Source: Callorhinchus milii (taxonomy: Eukaryota). From it: DNA of 64,000 nucleotides. Shown here in pieces: positions 24,271 to 36,879 of the stretch. Made by a program: the position numbers and the translations under genes. The stretch spans positions 73,968,001 to 74,032,000 of the forward strand of contig NW_024704743.1 in NCBI RefSeq assembly GCF_018977255.1, written 5' to 3'. Position 1 is the first letter of the stretch; each line of letters begins with the position of its first letter. The notes below the pieces were generated by a model. That model did no database searches. It was not told where the DNA came from and was given only the letters and a program-made list of their open reading frames with translations.

Positions 24271-24370
24271 ATGTTACACATTTGCAGATCCGCCGCTTTA
24301 CTGCTCTGTTTACTCGGCTGCAATGTGTGGAAAGCGGTTACAAAAACCTTACGCGACCAGCATGCACAAG
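24271..24370 (+). CDS. FAM171A1: FAM171A1 first coding exon (signal peptide of a type I membrane protein); remaining exons not found in the window
   Basis: MLHICRSAALLLCLLGCNVWKAVTKTLRDQHAQ closely matches the recalled human N-terminus MSRSATLLLCLLGCHVWKAVTKTLREPGAGAQE; ends CAAG|GTAAGG, phase 1, compatible with the following Glu codon. Confidence 0.92.
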
Positions 24371-26224
24371 GTAAGGGAGGGGAGGGAGAAGCATGTATAT
24401 ATATATATGTATTTTTTTTTTGCACAGGCTTTGGTACGTCCCTTCCCTCCGTTATTGTCATTGCAGAGAGAAAAAAACATCTTTGGGAGGGCTGTGTGTG
24501 TGTGTGTGTGTGTGTTGGGGGGGTATCTGTGCTGCAGGATCTGGCAAATCGCAGCTTTGATCCTTGATCCTCTGCATTTTGTTGGGGAAACCTTCTGGGC
24601 TTTGGTTTAAAGCTCCTGTTGTCTGAGCTGGAAAAGGCACAAAGAGGTGTGGGCTTTAACAGCTTGCTTTCTGTGAGGCAAGGGGAAAAAATATTCCGCC
24701 CACAAAATATACAGTCAATTAATTCACTTTGCAATATAGCCTGTGAAGCGCTTTGAGATGTTTGAACGGTGAGCTACGGTGCTAAATCAGATGCAGGGAT
24801 TAATATTATGATGATGATTATTATTATAACCCTGTGACGGAAGGGAGGGAGGGAGGGAGGGAGGATGCTGCAAGGGAATCATTCCAATCCGGGAAGTTTC
24901 CCAGTCGCTGCAATGATTTCACTTTTGTTTCCTTTTTTTTATTGTTTATTTTTTGTTTCCGTGAGATCTGCCAAAGAAAATACTGCGCTACGAAGGTTGG
25001 CTTGAGATGTGCATTGCCACATAAGCAAATTGTTGCATTGTTTGAGTGGGATTGTAAGTGTGTGTTTGAAATGAAGTTAACCTGTGCATGCTGTAAACAC
25101 AGGATGCCCTTTACTATGCTAGATAGAGGACCATAGCCGCATTCATTAACCCTCCTTCCTTTAACTGCATTTCGTCATGCAGAGATTCAGGTTAGGCTTT
25201 TAAACATTAATGACCTGCTCCAGTGCCTTGTTAACCCGAATCATTCCCGATACTGTTCTGATTGCATCATCGTTTGGCAGTAATCGTGTATTTTGAAAAT
25301 ATTGTACTGCATATTTGTGATTGTTTGTCTCAGATATAATGCACTGTGTTCTTAAGCCTTTTGAAGAAAAGCAATTTTAAACTGCATTTTAAACTGATAT
25401 GGGCGTGAGATGCAGTGTCATTAGATTTATCTGGATGCGTTTTAAACACCATGTAACAATAATATATTTGAGTCATCTTGTGTATTACAGTGTTTAGATA
25501 AGTTTTAGAGACTGGCATATATAATGCATATATAGAGCTTAAGCGCTCTGGAACGCTACCCTGTGTGAGTAGTGCTATATAAATGCAAGTTGTTGTGCAG
25601 AAATTGGATGAAGTACAGTGTCAGTCTTCATTTATATTAGTAGAAGATCCTGTGGTTACCTAACAACAACAACAACAACAGCAACAATGTGCATTTAAAT
25701 AGTACCTTCTCCCAGGATAGAATCTTGGAGAGCATATATCCAACTTGGTTAAAGTCCAGCATCGTTTGTACTACAGTGTTGCTTTAGTAATGGCTCTATT
25801 TCTGTTGTAGATGATTAAATGATCTGTGTAAACTGTGAGTTTTGTACCTGTGTTCGGTTCAATTTCTTTGTTGAGAAACCAGAGGAATCTTAAGGCTTGT
25901 ATTTGAGGACACGACTTGAGATGGGAGAAAAAACATGGGAGAAGAGATGAATTAAATTATAGTTCTGCTTGTTTAGCTCCCATTGCAATAACCCACATTG
26001 CACTGGCACAAGCTCCAGCTAGCTCATGGCACCAGCAGTGAGTTCCCATACAATATTAATTTGACTGTTTCGCCAATCATTTAGCCAAGTTGATTATTCT
26101 GAGTGTTTGAAGAATATGCCTGGGAGATGGTCTGAATCTCACTTCTAGCCTGTACTGTATGTATAAAATAAATATAGTAAACTTCTGATAAATCATAGCT
26201 CCAAGGGAAATGGGCTTCAGTTGA

Positions 26225-26466
26225 CGAGTTACAGAATATACTGTAAATTGAATTGACTGTATATTTCTTGGAGAAACGCAGTAGCCAATTGCGCACAGCA
26301 GTGTCCCACAAACAGTCATGGATTGAGTGACCAAATCATTTTTTTTCTGGAGGGATTATTATCAGGCGTGTGGAGTAAGGAAACCTGCCCAAGGTTTCGC
26401 CCTGTGGGAATCGAACCCAGGTCTCTCACTGGCGAGAGCTCTAACCACTGAGCTACACGACTCCAC
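26225..26466 (-). mobile_element. tRNA-derived SINE lacking its 3' tail
   Basis: Head gtggagtcgtgtagctcagtggttagagc, B box gttcgattccc, Deu core. Confidence 0.88.
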
Positions 26467-29400
26467 AAATATTTGTTTTCTGTTTGTGTGCAGATCTATT
26501 TTCTTTATATACTGTGTAACAACAATGGACACAAACAATAACTCTTTATCCACACATGCCGGTTCTAAAGAATAGTAGATCTTGATACCATATTGCAACA
26601 GTGTATACCAGCCCTGAGGGATGTGGCCAACACAAGACTACAATAGTACAGTACATTGGCACTTCATTTGTCAATTTATGGTTGGACAAGACTATTTCAA
26701 GTGCAGGAAAGTGACCCATTGTCTGCAATTTAAGGACAAAGATTTCAGCCTTGAAAATTCTGAAAATGATCAAACCCATAAAATTGTTCATATAAATTTA
26801 TATAACAGCAGATGTGATCTGAAGGAGACACAAAACTACAAACGCACAGTATAGCACAGTATCTGAAATGTTTACTGTAGCAGGGCAAAACTTTAAACTA
26901 GAACAATTCAAGATTTATTAATACACATTTGCGTTGTGTTATTGCGACTTTCAGAAGAGTAGATCTCCCTCATTAAAGCACAGCAGTTAAGAGCTTAAAA
27001 ACCGCACCAACAAAACTGATGTCCATTTCAGAATTTTGTCTTGTGTGATATTAGTGTTTTTCGAAGAGTTAATAATGCATTGATTTCACTCAATAGTTTC
27101 AAACTAAAAGCATTGGGAAAAAATTCCATATGGATCTAGATTTACTGTTAACAAGGGCTCTTAGAGCGTCCGGAATTTGGCAAATACCCTTAAGAACTAC
27201 AGAAAAAGTTCAGACTGAATTTAACAATTTGCCAAATGCTTCCTCTAAGAGTAAATCTAGATCCAGGTGGGATTTCTCCCTATTTATTTTTAATCATATT
27301 ATTACTTTCATCATAGACAGTGGAATCCTCAAAGGGTCAAACTGAAGAAACTGTGCAGCTCAGGATTCAATATTGACAGTAATATTGTAATTAAATGGAA
27401 ATCTTTGACCTATCTTATGTTACACCTCTCCCACCTATCTGCCTTCCCTCACCCTAACACCACCCTTTCCCCATGCTTGGGCCCCGACACCTACTGTTGA
27501 GCGCTTTGGGACGTCCTCCCGACGTGAAAGGCACTCTATAAATGTAATTTTGTTGTTGTACACGCAAAGACTTTATACACACTTGGTTTCTGAAATGGAA
27601 CAATAACCAAACCTGCATCATGTAACAACATTATACTAAAAGGGTCATTTGACTGGTATAGAATGAAGCAATTTTGTAAGCCAGGCACCTTAAATGTATG
27701 AATCAATAAAATGCTCACACATAGGAAGATCACACAGAAATATGTTCACAGCATGTGGGAGCTGTTTGTGTGGATACACTTGGGGATTCCACTGTTCGGC
27801 CCCTCTTAGAGTACTATGTGCAATCCTGGTCACTGTCTTCAGTAAGGACATCTTGACTTTGGAGAGGCTACAGCAAAGACCAACTAAATTTGTAAATCAT
27901 GAGAGGGCTATGGGATTAGGCATCTGAGGTATGAGGCAAACCTATGGGATATAGACACATTTGCACTGAAGAAGAGAAGGAAGATAGGAATAGGTGGTCA
28001 TTCAGCCCATCATGCCTGTTCTGTTTATTAGATCTTGACAGATTTTTAAATCCCCTTTTCCTGCCTTTTCCCCATACCTCATAATAACAGTTGTCATCAG
28101 TGGGTGACCTTTCAGCCACTGCCTCCACTCTCTGGAACTCCATCCCTCTAACTTATGCTCTCCCTTCCCACTTTTAAAGCCTGCCTTAAGACTTGCATCT
28201 TTTGACCGTGCTTTCATTCGCCTTCCCTCCCACCTTGAGAGCCAGCTGTGAAAAATACTTTTGTTTTTCCTCCCAATGTGGAAGCTGCTCTATAAGTGTA
28301 TTGTACTATACATTGTGCAGACATATTCAGGAGTCTAAAGGGTATAGCTGAACTGGAACCATAAGATGCTTCACATGGTCATAAAGATCCACTGACTTGT
28401 GATCAGAGTGGGGAAGTGAGCAAGCAGACGGTTCAGCTTTAAGCTATGTTTCTATTTTGGCTCCTGAGTGTTGAAATGTGGTGCTGAACCATAGGTGCTC
28501 TGTTTTCCAAGCCTTCACCAGTGCCAGACAGAATTGTCCAGCACATCCGGGCATCCTTCAGCCGTGTAAACTGTATTATAATGTGTATTCACCACATTTA
28601 CATTAGCTCTGGACTTGCAGGAGGCTCTTGTGGCATGACGTTCCAAGGATGTGCAAACGTCTTGAAATCATTGTGAAAGTTTTAGGATGATAGACTTTTG
28701 AAACTCCATGAGAAATTAAATTTTTTTGCTATACAAGTAATAATAGCAGAGGCCAGGAGCTGTGCTAGAATATTAGGCATCTTTGCTCTTGGCGTCTTTC
28801 ATGGTTCTGAAATCTCCAAGGACTGGTGTGTGAGATCAAACAAGATAGCTAATTTTTGCCTTAGCACATCTGCTGAATCAATATTCAGTAATAGTTATCC
28901 TCGTATTCATGTTAAAATATTAGAAGAGCTACTTTCTGTAAATTACTTATGAATAATGTAGATGATGGGAGGTTCAGAAGCCTATGATGCCAGCTGGTAT
29001 CCCTTCAGGTGTCGGCCTGGCTCAGTTAGTAGCACTCTCGCCATTGAGTCAGAAGATTGTGGACTTTGAGTTTATAGTGTGACGCTCCATTGTGGTGCTG
29101 GGGTCTGCTGCATTGTTGGAAAGGCCGACTTTTGGTGAGGATGTTAAGTTGCAGCCTGAACTGCCATGAAGCTCCACCATCGGCGGTCAGGCCTTCAGCC
29201 CCTCTGCCCCCACCCTCTGGAATTCCATCCTGGAGCACCTCCGCCTCACCCCCTGCCTTGTCTCCTTCAATGGTTGCCTCAAGACCATCCTCTTGGTCAT
29301 CCTTCCACCCGCATCCCCTTGCCCTCCACCCTTTTTGATTTGAACCCCCAGCTCGGGTGAAAGTCTTTCACTGTCCAGAGTCTTGGGTCATCCTCTCAAC

Positions 29401-30200
29401 GTGGAAGGTGCTATATAAATGTAATTTGTTGCTTTTTTTGGTCAAATACTGCTAACAGAGTATTAAAGATACATGAGGTTGTTTGGGTGTTGAGGGAACT
29501 TGCAGAAACCAGATCAACAGAACCAAGTGTAGTGTTTGTGGGTGTATCATGTTGCTGTGTAAAATAACTGGGTAGTGACTGGACTTGCATTGTAGTGTGT
29601 GTTTATATATTTGTATATATATATAGAGAGAGAGAGAGTATATGACTTTCTTTTGCAGTTGTGACCTATTTGATTATCACTTTACTGTGGATTGTACAAC
29701 CTTTGGATAGATTAGCTCAAAACAACAAAAGCCAGCAAAGGTCTCAGGGGTACAGAAATTGTGTTGGATATGGTTGTGTTTTCACTCAAATTTTTATATA
29801 TATATATATATATATATACATATATATTACAAATTAGTCTAGACCTGACATTAGATTGCAAACAAAACCTGTTCAGTTGGTATATTAGATTTTGCTGTAG
29901 GCAGGTCACATGGTAGCCTGAGATTACTAGGCCTTCGGATTTGATATTGATAAACTGCCACTATTCTGTTGGAGCCCGAGCAATGGCTTCCTTTGGCTAT
30001 TTGGTTACTATTTGCTTTTATTCCAAGCTTAAGTAAGGAAATACCTTGTTTGAGAGGGACATTATAGCAGAACAAAGACAAAAACAGAGGTGCTACTGTT
30101 CTCAGTAAATTCTGGAGTAGCACAAGATGCTGTATGAATAATGTAGGTGCTTCAACACGTTCAGTGGAGCTTCCTGATTGTACGGCTCGACACACCACTG

Positions 30201-30387
30201 TAGTGGTCCCCAACCTTTTTGATTGCCCAACAAAATAGTTTTCTTGATTGAATTATTTCTTGTTTTATGCCATAAATCAAGAAAAGACTGGAAACAAAAC
30301 GTCAATTTAAAACAGATTCACTTTGACTCGTGTGAATGTTCGGTGAGCCACATCTTGATGGCCCAACTGCTGGTTGGCCACTGCTGC
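30201..30387. mobile_element. Possible hAT-type MITE
   Basis: Ends tagtggtccccaacc and ggttggccactgctg resemble hAT TIRs; no 8-bp TSD visible; a similar end lies at ~1135-1153. Confidence 0.4.
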
Positions 30388-32999
30388 TCTAATCTTTTGT
30401 CTTCCCCCCCCCCCCGCCACACACACACACACACTCACACACAAACCTTTAACTCTAGATTCCGTATGATTATCATACCAGGAAATCCAAATTTTTAAAA
30501 ACGTTTTCTTCAAACACAAAATCCATAATCAATTCACTTTACAGTGTAATCCGTGAATGGCTTTGAGACGTCTCAAAGACTGATAAGGCACTATATCAAA
30601 AATGCAAGGAGTATTATTAAGCATGAAACTGAGTATTTTGCAGACTTTTATGTTCATTGGAAAACTGATTTTGTATCCATATTTGTGTAATTTTGTTTAT
30701 AAAATATATTTTGTCTGCTGATTTTCCTCCTCTCCCCTCCTCATCTACTAAAAGTGTTTTACTTTTATCCTTCCAGTTTATTGAGACAAGAAGCGTGCGA
30801 TATAAATGCTAGTTGCTGTTGTTGATATTGTTCCATCGTCACCAGTTGTTCTTGTGTAAGTCGCCCGAATGACTATTTTTCATGTGTGAGCCTTTACAGT
30901 GGGAATCAACCATTGGAAAGGGGAACGCAATTGAGCCTGACTTCCTGAGCATGTGATTATTTTGCCTTTATTTTTGCATTTTATTTTGCCTTTCATAAAC
31001 CCAGAGACAGAGATCAACTAATCAGGGTTCAAGCCTGTGGCTCTCTGGTGTGCATGACCTACCTAGTTAAGTACTGGTCAACGTTTGTACCCACCAGGCC
31101 ATCAAGGGAAACGTGCACAAGGTTTGGAAGGGAAAATATTCGGTTTGAAGTGCTAGTATTGTCGTTTTGTTACGACGGTGACTGAAAAGGGAAATCTGTG
31201 TTTCCGAGATGGAAACTACTGTGAATTAGCACTGCAGCAAAGCTGCATTAAAAGCAGGTGGGAACAATGGTGAATGAGCAATGAGGATAACGGGAAGGGG
31301 AAAGGGGTGGGGGGGCAATTGGGTGCGGGGAAGAGAATACATTAACTGCTGATTAATGGTCACAGTTCTGCTCACAGTTCTGCTAATGAAACCAATAAAA
31401 CCAACACTAACTTTGTAAATGATTGCAAGTGTATTTTCTGCTTTGTTCAGGAGCATGTTTGTTCATAAACGTAGACCCACAGGGAGCAGGAACAAGGTTA
31501 CTGGCCTCCAGTTCAAAGCAATACATTTTTTAGCGTCTGCTAGCAATCCATCTATCAGTGAAGTGGGTATGCAGAGAATGGCTTGTATTTCTTTCCCTTT
31601 TTGCTTATTTAACAGGTCAATTTCTTGTACAATAGGAATAGTGAATAATAAAGCCTCCAATATCACTATATCAATCCCCTCCAAAGAATTTTGTCCAGTA
31701 TACAGAATGGATAAAATTACCTTCCATTGAAGTCGCAAAATAGACTTGATCACCCTAGTGTTGTGCTGTAAGCACTCCTAGTAATAAACAAGTTTTAAAC
31801 ACTGTATAGTGGAAAGTACAGAATGTATATGAGATTTGTAAAATGAATTAAAATTTAGTTCACAAATTTCCAGCGTTAACTGGCAAATTGGTCGAAGACA
31901 TTAGTTTTGTTTTTATTTGAATTGTATGTAATACTGAACCATGGATGGTATATCTGAGTGTGCAGCGGGACTGAACAAAGCTGAATGTCGCCATGACAAC
32001 TTTCCTGTTAACATTAACATGAAGTGACAATGTTTATTTCAGGGAACAGAATTCCTCTTGTGTTGAATTGCAGATGTTATTGTCCAGTTCAGTTTTTTTT
32101 ATGATATAATGTATTCTTAGCAAAAGCTGATTGAACTAAAGTGTACTTAAGGGAGGCGCAATGAATAAAGGAAAGGCAAAACAGAATATAGTTCGGGGAT
32201 TCTGTAAAACGCCTAGAGATGAGAACCTCTGTTCATACAATGTACTGACTTTACTAGTTCAGCTGCATCCTCTGAGAGTTGGAGCAAACATTGTCCTGCC
32301 ATTCTTAATGAAGGTGAGCATGATCCTAATGTCGCATAGCAATCCATGGCTTGTGTTCCTTAATAGAGCAGATTTGTGCTTTCTTCTTGGAACATTACAA
32401 TAGCCCCTAAGGGTAAGGGCGGGAAACACCTATTACTGGTAATACAGATAAGGCTGGCCCTCAATGTGTGAAACGAGATAGTGTGAATGACACCAGATAG
32501 TGATCGGGGAAGGAGGAGGAGAGATTTAATACTGTGTGTGTTGTGATCCTCTGAGTCTGGTTAAGGAGATTATGGCCAATATGAATGGAGGTGCTCAGTT
32601 TGCAATGTTTAGTGTGAGTCAGATTCAGTGGAATTTTGCAAACTCATCTGATGTTCCTTTTTCACATTAAATGAAATTTAAAAATGTTTGGACTCCTTTT
32701 CCTCAATTCCCTACCCCATCCCCACCATGAACCAAACTGACTGGTGACTGACGACAGGAAGCTTCTGTGATCACTATAGAGGGTGAGGCAAATTAACCGT
32801 GCTTTGTTCTGCAGCCTACGATTAACAGTAAGAAATTCAAGTGGTCATTGGAAACACAGGGTGCTAATGTAACAGTGATTTGAAAATGGTCAGGCTCCTG
32901 CAAGAAGTATGTAAAAAGAACCACTTGCTCTCTCATGTATTATAACAGGTAGTGTGGCTCAGTACAGGAGACCAATACTGCGTAGAGTAGGATTATGAC

Positions 33000-33690
33000 A
33001 ATAATAACTTGCATAGTTTCTTTCACACGGGGTAGCATCTTAGAATGCTTAACAGTGGAGGAGCTTGACACTGAACCGGGGAGAGGGCGGAGGTGACCAT
33101 AGGTCAATAATAATAATAATCCTTGCATTTGATATAGCGCTTTTCACGTATTTGAGACGTCCCAAAGCACTTCACAGAATATACTGTAAAGTGAATTGAA
33201 AAATGAAGGTCTTCAGAAGGAGGGATGAAGGCGGATGGATGAAGGGAGAGATTTCCAAGTTTCGGGGGGTAAGTGGCTGAAAGCACAGCCTACACTGGTG
33301 TAGCAGGGGGGATGAGGGAGAAGCAGAAAGCTGGAGCCAGAGAAGCAGGAGGCCGGAGGCAGCCAAGTGGAAGCAACAGGTGGTGGAGTGAGCATTAAGC
33401 AGGTTAGAGAAGTAGGGAGGTGCCATGCATGATGGGATTTGTAGACCAGTGTGAGGATCTTGAAGTCAATCTGTTCTGTGCTAGGAAGTGAGTGGCGAGG
33501 ACTGGTATGATGAGGGCATGGAGTTCAGAGCGGGTGAATATACTAGCGGCAGAGTTTTGAATTAGTTGGATTTTGTGGATAGTGGAGCTGGGGAGGCTGA
33601 CGATGAGGGCACTGGAATAATCCAGGCAGGAAATGATGAATGCGTGGATGAGGTTTTTCGGCTGCGTTGGCTGTGAGGTACTTAATATTT
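33000..33690 (-). mobile_element. L2 3' fragment with a SINE tail inserted at ~33105-33200
   Basis: Minus strand shows IHAFIISCLDYSSAL/IQLIQNSAA-type sequence; an embedded (aat)n-ccttgcatttgatatagcgc SINE tail. Confidence 0.8.
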
Positions 33691-33999
33691 ACATTATAAT
33701 GCTGTGTTTTCATCTACAGAAAATGTAACTCATTGAAGCCAATCACCCCAGTCCTCGCCAAGCTCCACTGCTTCTGTTTCCCAGTTGGTCAATTTCAAGG
33801 TGCTCACCATCACCTATAAATCCTTTCACACTCCAGCACCTCCTTAACTCTGTGATCTTCGACTTAAATTCTCTGCTCATCCCCACCACTTGGATGCCCT
33901 TGGCGGCTGAGCATTCAGATTCTACGCTCTAATCTCTGGAACTCCCTCCTTCCCCTCTGTCTTTACCCCTTGTTTTCTGTGCTACTTTAACATCCCTCA

Positions 34000-34212
34000 A
34001 ATAATAATCCCTCCAAAACAAAAAGCAATAATAAATTGGTCATTTTCAATCCACGACTGTTTGTGGGACACTGATGTGTGCAATTAGCTGCTGCATTTCG
34101 CCCACAAATATACAGTCAATTCACTTTACAGCATATTCTATGAAGCGCTTTGAGACGCCTGGAAGACGTGAAAAGCGCTATATCAAATGCAAGGATTATA
34201 TTATTATTATAT
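34000..34212 (+). mobile_element. SINE 3' part
   Basis: Matches the 4961 family from aataatccctcc to the (TTA)n tail. Confidence 0.88.
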
Positions 34213-35382
34213 TGTTATCTATAACCTCCCCCCTCTCCCTCTGCCCTGCTCAGCATCCCATCCTGACCTTGTGAAGCTCTCCAACACGTTAACCTACATT
34301 TAGGTTGTTGTACAAGTGCAAGTTCTTGTTATTCTTAAGACCTACCTCTTTGACCACACTTTCGGTCTTCGCTCCCACCCCCAGCTCAGGTGCCAAGCTA
34401 TTCTGTTAAGCACCTTGGAACGTTCTCCTGATGTGAAAGGTGCTATGCTCTATAAATGTAAATCTGTATTGCATAAGAGGGATATATCACAAAATCTTAC
34501 AGCACAGAAGGAGGCCATTCGGCCCATCGTGCCTGTCTACAATATGTAGATTTTGTGACATTTCCCACCAATTCCTGTATGCACAGCAGTAGATAAAAGT
34601 ATTCATATGCCATATATGATTAAATGATGTATGGAGGTGTTGCAGCGGTAAAAATATCATTGCTATAGCAGTGTAGATTTATGCTCATTGGTTTTAATTC
34701 AGTGCAATAATGTGAGGCAACAACCCCAATGATTGTATTGCCTTCCTTATCTGTGTGGATTGCCTTGAAATCTGAGTTCACTTTAACAACTATTCACATT
34801 GATACAGTGCCTCTCACATCCGGAAGACTCTCAAACATGCAAAACTTTGCAGGAGCTGAAGAGGTAGTGGGGAAGGGGGAGGGAAAGAAGGATGACCAAA
34901 AGCAGGGTCAAAAAAATAGGTGATTAAAAGAAGTAAAACTGAATTCTTGAGTTCTCCACCGCTGACACAAAGTATTTGTTTTGGGGGAATACGACTAACA
35001 ATATGTTTCCACTTTACAGAGAAATCGAGAGGAGGCTTCAGAAAAACATACTTTCAATAAAACTCTTCAACAAACAGACAGTAGTTTCAGAGAAGACTGA
35101 ATTTGCTCTGATCAACCAGCTCATTCCATGCTGTGTCATTTTACACTGTTTAGAGCTCTTTATTGGTAGGGGGCTTGCATTCCACTGAATGCTCCCTTGT
35201 TGATGTAGCAGTCTGTTTCTCTTTGATGCTTTCAGCTAGTGAAATTAATGCAAGACTCAAGGATTTTATAGCCCTTTCAGTTAATCAAATGCAATTTGTG
35301 TATGGTTTTCTCTGATACTTCTCTTTTTTGTTTAGAACTCAACTTTGTCCTCTTCTCTGAAGGCAGCTTTCTTTACATAATA

Positions 35383-35565
35383 TAATAATAATCCTTGCAT
35401 TTGATATAGCGCTTTTCACGTCTTCTAGACATCTCAAAGTGCTTCACAGAATATACTGTAAAGTGAATTGACTGTATATTTGAGGGCGAAACCGGCAGCC
35501 AATTGCGCACAGCAGCGTCCCACAAACAGTTGTGGATTGAAGTGACCAATTTATTATTTTTGGGG
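35383..35565 (-). mobile_element. SINE 3' half
   Basis: Tail and Deu core of the 4961 family. Confidence 0.88.
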
Positions 35566-36879
35566 GGTTTGCGTTTGAAGCGATTTCTTGATCATTGTTT
35601 ATTTGAATTGTTGATGGTGATGAAATGGAAGTTTGGTGCCAATGGAAAATGTTATTCTTTCTCTCTCCTCACCCCCCACCTTGATGTGGGGCTCCATCAA
35701 TGTGGAGTTGACTCAATGTCTCCAAACCCCTAACATGGAGTATGGATGGTGGCCTCTGACACACTCCAAACTCCCTGCAGCTCCAGGTGGCGGTATCGCA
35801 GCAGTGTAACAGTTTGTCTCAAGGATAACTGCTTGCTGGCATCATCTACCTGTTTCTGTGCCAGAGAAAATAACAAAAGCACCATACCCTGGCTTGTAGG
35901 ATCAAGAGAGGTTCAAACAGACAGCACTGATGACCACACTATTAAGGTACTTTGTGCAATATCAGTACCGCATCACATCACAATGAAATTGTGCGTATGA
36001 TGTTTGTGTAACACGTTTTACACCCAACATCTATACTGAACTTTCCAGGACTGTAACATGCCTTAATCACAACCTTACTGCACCCGTGTATCATTTTCAT
36101 TTTCCACACCAGACATTTTTGTGGGCTGGATTTAACTGCCAGTTACTGTAGTGCGTATTTTAGGGAATACTGTTGTGGGCTCATTCCCACCAGGAATTTT
36201 TACTACCCACACTCATTTTATAAGGATCATTAGAAAGGAGAGACTTTCTTTACCAATTGGACTTGGCTGCATTAAAGACAGAAGTGAAAGACTTGTATGT
36301 ATTTCCTACACACTTCTTTTCAGTTAAAGGCACTGTGTCATTCTGAGTGTCAGCCTAGCTCACTTGGTAGCACTCTTGTCTCGACTAAGTCAGAAGGTTG
36401 TGGAAGGTTCAAGCCCCGTATTGGGATTTGGAACATATATTGTCTATATTGACACTCTGATATAGTGAGTTGCATTGTCAGAAGTTCCATCCTTCAATGA
36501 GATGTTAAACCAGGTGGACATTAAAACCCCAGGTCACTATTCAAAACAACAAGGGAGTTTCTCCCAATGTTCACAACAAAATGCACAGTGACATCACTTC
36601 CCAGTATATCCTGTGAAGTGCTTTGAGAAATCTCAATGACGTGATAAGGTGCGATATCAAATCCAAGGATTATTATCTTCCCTAAATGCAAATTGTTCTT
36701 CTTGTATCAGAGTCAGGTGGTTGTGGATTGAGCCTTACACCTGGATTTGAGTCTGTATTCTACAATTATAGTGTTACATTGCTGAGGTTGCTAACCTTTA
36801 GATGAGGCACTTAACCAGGGTCCCTTTTGCTTGTACTTCTGATTTGGTTGGACATTAAAGATCACATAGCTCTATTTTC

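Noticed and set aside
24371..24567. Remainder of the 98-aa ORF after HAQ
   Set aside because: Read-through past the GTAAGG donor into intronic (TA)n/(TG)n sequence
24201..24734. 177-aa antisense ORF over exon 1
   Set aside because: Low-complexity, repeat-derived content, non-ATG start inside a SINE fragment, no recognisable domain
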